Part shown: positions 21,966 through 31,848 of the stretch, piece by piece
How the letters are laid out: the number at the start of each line of letters is the position of its first letter
How positions within the stretch are numbered: the first letter of the stretch is position 1
Assembly: GCA_002256025.1 (NCBI GenBank)
Contig: NKIB01000152.1
Span: 1 to 34,790, forward strand
DNA length: 34,790 nucleotides
DNA from: Asterionella formosa
Taxonomy: Eukaryota
Reading direction: 5' to 3'
Program-made: the position numbers and the translations under genes
The notes under the pieces: model-generated
Seen by the model: the letters and a program-made list of their open reading frames with translations, nothing else
Databases searched by the model: none
Told to the model about the DNA's origin: nothing

Positions 21966-22861
21966 TTGCCTTGCTTGTAGTATCTTCAGGGAAATTCAAA
22001 TGACTGATCTGTAGTAACAAATACACAAAAACACTTGAGAGTTATAAGATCGCCAAGTATAACTTTCTGTCTGGTGCTGTATAATTGTATCAATGGTGTT
22101 GCTTGGACGATGTATGCAGCCAGCATAAAATTGAAGGAATAGTATATGCCATTTATATTATCACTGGTGCCTTGCCTTGCTGGCTTATTTTTGGTTATTT
22201 TATTAGTGACAACGGAAATGATACCCGCGTGAAAACGTCAGTATCACTGATACCGTTTTTGGAGGGGGCAAAAAAGGTATCAATTTTGTATCAATGATAC
22301 AAAATTGATACCATCAAGTTACCGTTGCTGATACCGTGTTTTGATACCAACCGTCACTTTTTGCCCGCAACCCGGAAATGATACAGCAAATTCGGAATGA
22401 TAAGAACGACCCTAAGAATACAACAAAAAGTAAAAGAGAGACAGGATTGAAACTTGATAGTTTGTCATAATGTGGAAACTATGACTACAAAGACTAAAAT
22501 TACATTTACAAACATCCTAAGGAGGAGGAATCGAAATACCTTGCAAGTGCAGTGGACTGAGATAAATATGATAACTTTTTCTCTTGTCTACACCAATACC
22601 AACACCAACCTTCAAGTTTCAAGTGCTGAAGGTGGCCATGAAGTATTTTGGTTGATCTCAAACCCAATTGCTCAATTGAGGATGTGGAGATAGAAAGAAA
22701 AACTATGGCTGCGTGTTAAAGTGTAAGTCTTGCAATGAGCATCAAATGTTGGCAACAAGATGTTCTACCTATTAAAGACTATTTAGAACAGAAGTTTCTG
22801 AACGCCGCTGCAGAATAGTTACATGGCTCTTGTTGGTCATAGGTAGGATCACATAATTAAA

Positions 22862-23726
22862 TCATGGAATCGTCTTTTTCTCGACTTCTAAACTTCTCGT
22901 TTTTGAACGCCCCTTCTGCACCCATAATTCCTCAGAAATATCACTTTCCTTCTTTTTACCAAAATTTGACAAGAGTGAAGACCCCGGTTTCCTCTTTTCC
23001 TGTTTCTCTGCTTCTTTGGCCTCTCGGATTTCCTTTAGTAGATGAAAGAAGAATCGAGCTTGGTCCTTCTCTGCCATGATATGAGCTTCGGCTTTTAGGT
23101 TCTTCTCCAGAAGCTTCTTTTCCATGGCAGGTTTCATGAACTCGGTCAATTTCTCCGTCACCAACGCGGGTAAGTACTCCTTCTCCAATGCATCTTTGTT
23201 CTCTAACCCAATCATACACAAAATCCATCTCACCCATGCCACAACGATACTTTCCTTTTCTACCTTGGCTTGTGCCAAAACAAGTGCATCGACATGCGTA
23301 ACTTGCAATTGCAGCACCACCAAAACCCCTTCTTGAAACACTTCTTCCGCTTCGACTGTGATTCCTTTTTCTTTTAACTTTTTGGGAATTTCCAAACTCA
23401 GTTTGGTCCCCATTTTTTGGGCCACTTGTTGTGCAGTAACAACATCACTGGCTACCTTAGCCACTGTTTTGGCAATGGTATCTCGAAACGTAGTTGGAAT
23501 TCGTTCGTTGGACAACACCTTTTTCCTGACTTTTTCGTGAACGGCACCTGAAGCATCGTGGAGACTTTGTATGTTTGTTAAAATGTCAAGATTGAAAGTT
23601 TTTGTTGTTGTTGTGAGTATGGATGAATGATCGAGGATTTCAGTTTCATGGATCGATATATATATACACATATACGTACGTTATGTTAATGTACAACACA
23701 GCACGATCTCCGTGATGGTCAACCAT
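22862..23726 (-). CDS. hypothetical protein, two exons (23726-23680, 23564-22862; ~249 aa)
   Basis: ATG at 23726 gives MVDHHGDRAVLYINI. A GTACGT..AAAG intron (23679-23565) joins it in frame to TLHDASGAVHEKV.. and removes the low-complexity N-terminus of the 269-aa ORF. An acceptor-like TTTTCGTTAG just upstream leaves a further 5' exon possible. Confidence 0.75.
23565..23679 (-). other. spliceosomal intron (115 bp)
   Basis: Donor GTACGT followed by TATATA low complexity, branch-like TTAAC, acceptor AAG; phase 2, frame preserved. Confidence 0.75.
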
Positions 23727-25067
23727 TTCTCTGCACTGGATTTCCTAACGAAAAAAGAATATTTCAACAACAGGAAGAAAGGTTTATTGAACTGATGTCT
23801 TGCATTCGTGATGTCGCTTTTTCTTTTGACCAAGTGATCTGCACAATGAACATTTCGTTCCAAGAAGAATTTGTTTTTATCTTTGTTAAAAACGGAACAG
23901 TGCAATGAAAGGCTTTTGGACTAAACTATGCAACAAGTGGTCGTGTCAATGAAGATCTCTTGTAAAATATATAACGGTCCACATAATACGTATTATATAG
24001 GTGTATCAACGAGTTTTCATGACGGATGGAACAAATAAACCGACCTCGTGGGGTTGGTACTTTTCAGATAATTTACTGTTTCAACGGCAAGCAGTAGGAG
24101 TTTTTTGCAGTCGCGCCAACTTTTGGCGATATTTCAAGCTAAATATAAAACAAGGTTTTGTGCTCGCTGGTGCCTGCTTTCTGCATCAAGGACACGGCAG
24201 AACAGCTGAAAATGTACTCCCTCCGTTCATCCAATAGTTGCAACACGCTCAGCGACTAACCCGGCTCGATCCACGTTCTTCAAAGAAGTCCTATTTAGAA
24301 GCAACAATCAATTTCTACGCGAGACGATGCAGGCTACAATATCTTGGTTAGATTATTAGCCTTAGGCGAATACAACGCTAAATAGCGATACATGTGTATC
24401 GTTGAGGGCTTTTGATTTTCTTTGGCCAGCCTACTGACCTTTACCCATGTGTGTTACATCGGCAATTACAACTATATAGAGAGATTCAGCTAAATTAACT
24501 AACAAGCATGCGTTTTCGGAGAAAAAATATTTCGTTCTACAGACGTCGAATAATATAGCTAACGCGTTGTGCACGCCCGGATTTATGACGACGAGCTGGT
24601 CATGCATGTCCTCGGTTTTACCGGAATCAGCCTCTATTTTCACCTTGCGAAACGAGCAATCAGCGATCTACTGTCGCTGTTCAGGTGTACCGGTACCAGG
24701 TACTTTACCGGTTTGTCAATTGACTACAATAGAACGAATGATCAAGGAAAATGGGCAAACATTCCAGTCAGGGCACGATTCTACGAAAAACGCGCGAAAA
24801 TTATATAAATCGAGGTTCACCTAATTCTAGACTATTTAGAACATATTTTATATAGACCATACGGTTCGGAAAAATTTTAAAATATGGAGGGCTGTTATCC
24901 GGATAATTAATGGAGACCGATAGGCAGACCTAACTAACTACCGGTATACATGAACAGAGGGAGTACTAAGTAGCAGTATCATGCCATATTCATGTTGTCT
25001 GTCTCATCATCAATAAACTATTTGTACCGGTAGCTTCAAAGCAACCCAGCATAGCCAGCCATTGCTC

Positions 25068-26552
25068 ATGGTAGCCATTCAGAAGGCGAGCTCTAGATCG
25101 AAGAAAAGGGCCTCACTGCCGGTCGTTCGCTGTTTGATTGCTTTCGTCCTTGTTGTGACAAATGTCTTTCTCGTTCTCTTGCTCCGATTTCGCGGAGGCG
25201 CTGTCGCAGATACAGCTCAAGCATCTGGTATCCAACCATCCAGAGGAGGAACGAAGGGCAGAGCCATTAAAGGGAAATTGGGGGCTGGTGGTGGTGGTGG
25301 TGGTGGTGTGTACCACACCCCGGAAACTGTTCTTGCTGGGAAGCTTGACCAGTACATTAGCTTGCCCGTTCTGGATGACAATGTCACCTACAAGGACATT
25401 CAGGCCCGAGTCCGCCGAGCCATGGCTCGCAAGGTGAACACCCCCCTTGGCCTTATGCACAAAGGAAATCCACCAGGACACGATGTTGTCATGGGATTAG
25501 CGTCGTTCGATCCAGCCCTACAAATATTCCGGATCTTGGTGGGATCACTTCGACAGTCGGGGTATGACGGACATATTATTCTAGGCGTGCGGCCGGAGAT
25601 TCCAAAAGACGAGCAGGAGTATCTAAAGAAGATGGATGTGACCTTTTATGGATTGGAAACGTTTGATTGCGACGAGTCCATCACTGACTCCACTGCCGAG
25701 TACAGTGTAGTACGAGGAAAGTGTGCCAAGGGGGTGGAATACCTCACTTTGGAAAAGGCGAGGTTTGCACTGTCAAGGCAGTGGCTGCATGCCTGCAAGG
25801 AATGTACTGGTTGGGCTCTGACCATGGATACACGCGACTTGTTCTTTCAAGCTCCGCCATTCATCGGAATGCCGCCTCCAGATAAATCACCCTATGACTT
25901 GCTATTCATCGAAGAGGCGACACCATACACACAACCAGACAAACCAAATAAACGACCGCATATTACAGTGCTCAGCGACAGCGTCTATCAAGGCAGTGAT
26001 GAAGGATGTTATGGGCATCACTTTCACAAGAAGTATCCGGATAGAGCAGTCCTTTGCTCAGGAACAGTCATTGGAAACCGCAAAGGAATGGATAGATTTC
26101 TCGCCGTGTTTGTGGACGAGTTTTTGGAAAACAGTGTGAAGAATCTTACCATCTGTAGAACTGGGGAGACACCAGATCAGTTTGTCTTGCAGCCACTTTA
26201 CTATTCTGGCTACTTTGGCGAATTTGAGAGGACACGAACCTCACCTTGGGGGACTGGGCCCATCAATACAATTGGAATTCCTTGTGCCGACGACCGCGAT
26301 AGGCCAAACATAGTTTACGGCTCAATGGATTTAACAGAATTTGACGCTGCGACTGGTTTGATTTTGAATATCAATTTGAAGGATGGTGATCCTGCTCGGA
26401 TAGCTCCGGTTGTACACCAGTTTGACAGGTGTTCACCCTGGATTGACAAGTTTTTCGAAAAGTATGATGAAAAACTGTTCGGTGGCATAAACACTCCGTT
26501 GGATCAGGTAATTCCTGTACCTTGGCTGAAGGGAAACCATGCGAAAAGGTAG
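25068..26552 (+). CDS. type II membrane glycosyltransferase-like protein (GT-A-like), 494 aa
   Basis: Basic N-tail and single TM (CLIAFVLVVTNVFLVLLL). Motifs GSLRQSGYDGHIIL, MDTRDLFFQAPPF (DxD-like), LCSGTVIG, DQ and VHQFDR. First ATG at 25068. Confidence 0.8.
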   Translation: MVAIQKASSRSKKRASLPVVRCLIAFVLVVTNVFLVLLLRFRGGAVADTAQASGIQPSRGGTKGRAIKGKLGAGGGGGGGVYHTPETVLAGKLDQYISLPVLDDNVTYKDIQARVRRAMARKVNTPLGLMHKGNPPGHDVVMGLASFDPALQIFRILVGSLRQSGYDGHIILGVRPEIPKDEQEYLKKMDVTFYGLETFDCDESITDSTAEYSVVRGKCAKGVEYLTLEKARFALSRQWLHACKECTGWALTMDTRDLFFQAPPFIGMPPPDKSPYDLLFIEEATPYTQPDKPNKRPHITVLSDSVYQGSDEGCYGHHFHKKYPDRAVLCSGTVIGNRKGMDRFLAVFVDEFLENSVKNLTICRTGETPDQFVLQPLYYSGYFGEFERTRTSPWGTGPINTIGIPCADDRDRPNIVYGSMDLTEFDAATGLILNINLKDGDPARIAPVVHQFDRCSPWIDKFFEKYDEKLFGGINTPLDQVIPVPWLKGNHAKR

Positions 26553-28623
26553 TGATTTCGGGATGGAATTGATGACAAGGTGATGGCTGCTTAGGGGAAG
26601 ATTTCATTTGGAAATCTACTTGAAATTACTTGAAATCAATCATTGTGAGTTAATTAATTTTTAGGATTCAAGTAGGATGATTTCTCTTGGCAGCATGGAT
26701 ACCTTGTTCTTCCAGTTCATTGACTGACAAATCATATCGCTTGATTGCAGATGGGATCACTGGTGGTGCCATGGTTACAGCAATTGAGTAATGGCACCAG
26801 ATCATAATTGCTAACATAAATACTTCCCATCAGTTTTTCAGGATCATTGCGTCGTTTCTCTAGAGCTGGCTTGTGATAATGATAATAACAAAGAAGTCTC
26901 TCATCTGAACGGAAATTATATGTTTTCTAAACAACCTTCTTTACATTTCACGTTGCTTAGATTTGACTCTTTGCTTTATGTCCTGGTTGTAAATCTTAAA
27001 ATCTTCCTCCAAAAATATGGCCATCATCAGGTACCAAGGTACTACTTAGATATTTTCTCAACCTACAGCTAAATGCTAGGCCTGCCAACACACCGGTAGT
27101 CATTGTGAATACAGACCAGAAGACTAATTTATTTTTCATTTTTATAGCGCATTCGTCTCATGTTCTATATCTAGAGTTGCAGTCGTTGCGCTTGCTCCAG
27201 GGCCCACCCATGGAGGGTTGGGCTGTGGAATTTTGAATAGTGCTCACTTCCTCGTATGGAAGTTGTGGTTAAAAGAAAATTGTTCTAGCCTTCGTTCCTG
27301 GTTCGATCTCTTTGACTGCATGCACTCCTCATGTCAGCCTGAGAATTGTATTGTGAGTGTTAATTGGATACTTAATGATTTCCTTTTTGAAGGGGGAGCA
27401 TCAATGTGCCTAATTATACTGAATACTGGTAGTAAGCATGCCATATGTAAGATAAAGTGAAAAATGTAATATTGCATTTATATATATTATACAAATGGTG
27501 GAATTTTTGCACAAGATTTTGTAGTACCCGAGATAACATGCATTTGGTGCTCTTGAAAATAATTATTTAGCTGGAAAAATGCAATTCTTTTGTATATAGA
27601 ATATGCTATAGTGTAACAGTAGTCGTAGTTTGAACAAGTGGCTGGAGAATGCTTCGTCATCATGTCATTGCAGCATTGATCATGACGAAAATAGCGAATA
27701 TCTTGACGAAAACTGAGAATGATGCTTTCCTAGTTGGTCCATCATATATCAAACATAACATAGACAGTAGACTACAATCATAAAATAATGATCCTAATAG
27801 CACTACTATTGACAACGAAAATTGAAGTCGCTACAGGCACATTTTTCAAGTTATTTAGAAATGCGCAATTTCTAAATGACAATGCTACTACGAGCAGATT
27901 CGACACTTTTTCAGCAATTGCTACACAACTAATAAGACTACGACTACAGCGATCCCATGAATAATCGAAGTAAAAGATGTGAAATAAGGTAATAATCTAC
28001 TTGATTGATTGGGAACTGGCAATTGTATATAATCCTCATGGAAGCTGATGAATGTGAAGCACTCCAGTATGATGCTGTCAAAAATACCGGTAATGCCCTA
28101 TAGTCGCAGTAATGTGCAGCAGCCCATTCACATATACCACTACATACTATGAAACCTGGCCTATCCATGGAAAGCCATGGCTGGGTCAACCTGAGTGTAC
28201 CGGTAACTCAATTTCCTTCTATTATGACGTAGGCAGCATGTACAAGCAAATGAATGAAGGATTTTTGTCTAGTTCAAGCAAACTTTTAGTTTATGCAAAA
28301 TTTTGCTTAAAGAAGTAGAGTCCATTTGCATTAACTAGAATAGTTCCTACTAAGTACCTTAACCCAAAATTACAATATGTCAGGACCTGGTTTTTCCCTA
28401 ATTATCTGAATTTGTCACATTTTCTCCTGTCGTCTTTATATGGCCTGCAAGTTTGCAAACTGTTAGAAGTTTCATACTTTGATTTCTTAACAGTTGCTAA
28501 GTCAGGAAATATCTGTCAATGTTGGGAATGTGTAAATGAAGAAGCAAGATTACTGCAACTTATTGCTTGTACCCATTCCCGGCATTGTCTCAGATAGAAA
28601 TGATGCATGTTGCTTCTATAGCG

Positions 28624-28859
28624 GGAGGATTCTCTGAAGGAATTGGAAGGAGCCGGAAACTGGTAGTTGCTGAGCATGTTGCATCTACCAGCTACCAGTA
28701 CCATACAAGAACAGAGTGAGGGAGTGCAATATACCCAGATGGACAGATTCTCTGAAGGAATTGGAAGGAACCGGACTGGTACTAGTTTCTGAGGGTGTTG
28801 CATATACTGGCTACCAGTATACCAGAACAGATTGAGGAGAGAGTGCAATACACCCAGAT
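28624..28859 (+). repeat. diverged ~118-bp tandem repeat, two units
   Basis: GATTCTCTGAAGGAATTGGAAGGA.CCGGA..GCTACCAGTA..GAACAGA.TGAG..GAGTGCAATA.ACCCAGAT at 28624-28740 and 28741-28859. Confidence 0.9.
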
Positions 28860-29428
28860 ACTATTCAATACATCTCGGTCACTGACTCGCTCACAAGAAA
28901 ATGAGAGCACCAAAGAAAGAGAAGATACCAGGGTACCTGGTACTATATGGTACCAGTTACTGGTACTGGTACTGGTAGTCTACTGAGTACGTGGTACTCC
29001 AGTTACCCTGACGCACTGACATCTCACATGTTGAGTATACGTACAAGTGTGATGATACCTGGTAGCTTGGCACCAGGGTACCATGGTACCAACCTGGTAC
29101 CGTAGTATGGTTGGAGTACCGGTGCCAAATAGCGGTATATGCTTATATGTGCATAAGACGCTGCCGTATGTAGCATTACCAGGTACCAGGTACTATCCTT
29201 TTTCCGTGACACACATTGACCGAAGTAAGTAAGTATATTTAAGGACATATAATATAGAAAGTGATTTAATTTGTTGTATCATAGTAGTATGGTACCAGGG
29301 TACAACAAAATATTTTTCATTTTATTCTTCTGTTCTTGCGTCACAATCCTTTTTTGGATGATACATGTAACATTGTCCTCAATAGTTCATAGCCATTGCC
29401 ACACTTATTGACAAATAAAATCCAAAGT

Positions 29429-29462
<34 letters not shown>
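29429..29462 (+). repeat. (CAG)n microsatellite just upstream of the ABCD start
   Basis: About 11 AGC/CAG units ending ~20 bp before ATG 29482. Confidence 0.95.
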
Positions 29463-29481
29463 CACCCCACGGTAGACCATA

Positions 29482-31623
29482 ATGTTAACAAGCAGGAGAC
29501 AATCGCTTCGAATGAATCAGTGGGTGGCACTACTATTCCTACTCTTGTTCCATGTCACCCATGTCACCCATGCCTTTGTTCCGACAAGACTCTTGTCGCA
29601 GCGAAGAACGGAAATTAATAGTCCAAGGATTGGTCATCAACGACGAGCGCGATATAACTTGCACCCGTCCGACGAACAAGTAGAAGAACCAAAGCTGGAC
29701 TGGGTGGTTATTGCCAATCAGACAAAAGTCCTTTGGGAAATGGCTTCGCCATATTACAAAGAGTCCAAGAGTGGGCGGTGGCTATTTGCTGGGATGATTG
29801 GAATGACTGTGCTCAATTCAGCAGTTTCGGTGGGATTTAGTTATGTCGGAAAGGACTTTTGGAACGCCCTGTCAGCAAAAGACCCAGATGAGTTCTACAT
29901 TATGTTGACCAAATTCGGGGCGGCCCTGATCATTGGAGCTCCGGTTGCTGTCCTTTACCGATTTCAACGAGAACGCCTAGCTGTCAATTGGAGAGAATGG
30001 ATGACTGAAAGAACTCTACGATTGTATGAAGGAGGTCGGACCTATTACTTACTTGAACGATCTTCGGACATTGATAATCCGGATCAGCGCATTACAGAGG
30101 ACGTTCGTTCCTTCACTAGTTTTTCCCTCATGCTATTCCTTTCTATTGTGACATCTGTGATTGACCTGGTATCCTTCAGTATGATCCTGTACAGTATTCA
30201 GCCTCAACTATTCGGAGCCATTATTGCCTATTCCGCGTTTGGAACCATCGTGACAAGCATTGTGGGAGGAAAGTTGGTGAACTTGAACTTTCTCAAATTA
30301 CAACGAGAGGCTGACTTTAGATATTCCCTCGTTCGTCTACGAGAAAATGCCGAGTCTATTGCATTCTATGGGGGAGAAGATTTGGAGGGAAAATCCATAT
30401 CCGATCGTTTCAAACTAGTCATTGCCAACAAGAAGGATTTAATTGGAGTAGAACGAAATCTTGAATTCTTCACGACGGCGTACAAGTACTTGATCCAAAT
30501 CCTCCCAGTGGCGGTGGTGGCACCTCAATATTTTGGCGGGACCATTCAGTTGGGCGTTGTGTCTCAAAGTGCGGGGGCATTCAATCACATTCTGAATGAT
30601 CTAAGTATCATTGTCAATCAGTTTGAACAATTGTCTACTTTTTCGGCTGGAATTGATCGACTCTCCTCCTTTTATCACGAAATGCGAGAAGTTGACCCAA
30701 ATCGATCCATAAACATGACGTTATTGCAAATGGCAAATGAAACAACATTTCCTGACAGCTCCATGATGGAGAACACCATTGAATTGGTTCAAAGGGCAAC
30801 CATGATGACCACAGTGGCATCCACAGAATCAATTGTTTCCTTAAAACAATTGATGTTGTCTACACCCGACCGAAAGCGAACACTGATTCGAGAGTTGGAC
30901 CTAGAACTGAAAGAAGGTGAGAATCTTTTGATAGTTGGAGATAGTGGAGCTGGGAAATCTTCTTTGCTGCGTGCCATTGCTGGCCTGTGGACGGCGGGCC
31001 AAGGACAAATCACGCGACCATTAGACGGCGACGTGTACTTCTTGCCTCAAAGGCCGTATTGCGCCATGGGGACACTCCGCGATCAACTATTGTATCCATC
31101 GTTAGAATCGGAAACAGAAAGCGAGTATCTCAAGGAGCATGTTTTAGTTAAATCATCTCATCTTTTGCAAGGATCACGAACCGATGCGGACTTGCTGGAC
31201 ATTTTGGATAAAGTGTCCTTGGGAGGTTTGGCAGCTCGAATGGGAAATGGAGATCCGATCGAGGGGTTAAAGGCTGTAGCTGACTGGAGCAACATGTTAT
31301 CGCTGGGTGAGCAGCAACGGTTGGCCTTTGGTCGAATTTTGGTCAACCGCCCTAAACTTGTGATTTTGGATGAAGCAACTTCTGCCTTGGATATGGTATC
31401 GGAACTGAAAATGTACCAACTCCTTCAAAATATGGCTCGCAAGACAATTCATGGTGGTACGCTTTCTGCTCCTGGACTGACATATATTAGCGTTGGCCAC
31501 CGACCATCCCTCGTGGCCTATCATGACAGACGCTTGCGATTAGGTGGAGAAGGTGCACACGAGGTCAGCGATATTGATTCCAAGGCGACCGTTGATATTG
31601 TGAAACAGATTACTAATTTGTAG
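29482..31623 (+). CDS. ABC transporter subfamily D half-transporter (ABC_membrane_2 + NBD), plastid-targeted; plant ABCD2 / bacterial YddA-Rv1819c-like
   Basis: DNPDQRITED, EAA motif EADFRYSLVRLRENAESIAFYGGE, Walker A GDSGAGKS, PQRPY, signature LSLGEQQR, Walker B ILDEATSALD, SVGHR. The signal peptide ends THA/FVP (ASAFAP type). Alternative start ATG at 29512. Confidence 0.93.
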   Translation: MLTSRRQSLRMNQWVALLFLLLFHVTHVTHAFVPTRLLSQRRTEINSPRIGHQRRARYNLHPSDEQVEEPKLDWVVIANQTKVLWEMASPYYKESKSGRWLFAGMIGMTVLNSAVSVGFSYVGKDFWNALSAKDPDEFYIMLTKFGAALIIGAPVAVLYRFQRERLAVNWREWMTERTLRLYEGGRTYYLLERSSDIDNPDQRITEDVRSFTSFSLMLFLSIVTSVIDLVSFSMILYSIQPQLFGAIIAYSAFGTIVTSIVGGKLVNLNFLKLQREADFRYSLVRLRENAESIAFYGGEDLEGKSISDRFKLVIANKKDLIGVERNLEFFTTAYKYLIQILPVAVVAPQYFGGTIQLGVVSQSAGAFNHILNDLSIIVNQFEQLSTFSAGIDRLSSFYHEMREVDPNRSINMTLLQMANETTFPDSSMMENTIELVQRATMMTTVASTESIVSLKQLMLSTPDRKRTLIRELDLELKEGENLLIVGDSGAGKSSLLRAIAGLWTAGQGQITRPLDGDVYFLPQRPYCAMGTLRDQLLYPSLESETESEYLKEHVLVKSSHLLQGSRTDADLLDILDKVSLGGLAARMGNGDPIEGLKAVADWSNMLSLGEQQRLAFGRILVNRPKLVILDEATSALDMVSELKMYQLLQNMARKTIHGGTLSAPGLTYISVGHRPSLVAYHDRRLRLGGEGAHEVSDIDSKATVDIVKQITNL

Positions 31624-31848
31624 CTTTTTTCATAATGGAAAACTGTGTTCCTGTTCGTCTTGCCGAAAAGGACACTTTCCTTGTGCTGTTGCTTCATCAA
31701 ATGTTTGTCAATGAAGAACGTCACTGATGAATTTTTCACAATGCTCCCAAATGAAAAGAAAAAAGGTCCTATATAGGAGTATGCATGGTACTATGATCAC
31801 AGTCGTACATTTTGTTTCTGCCATGTGTGGTTGACCATTGTTTTCATT

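Larger units (their letters stand above)
20498..22412. mobile_element. PIF/Harbinger DNA transposon, internally deleted (non-autonomous), 1915 bp
   Basis: Perfect 17-bp TIR GGGTCGTTCTTATCATT / AATGATAAGAACGACCC. TAA target-site duplication at 20495-20497 and 22413-22415. HARBI1-like transposase remnant on +, second gene remnant on -, and subterminal GTATCA/TGATAC motifs. Confidence 0.95.

Noticed and set aside
24001..24824. Cluster of 70-85 aa ORFs in the divergent spacer
   Set aside because: No motifs and inconsistent frames; cannot distinguish from non-coding DNA.
28624..28859. Tandem repeats (here and 5021-5284) as a possible CRISPR array
   Set aside because: Only two long units, no repeat-spacer structure, no cas genes, eukaryotic context.
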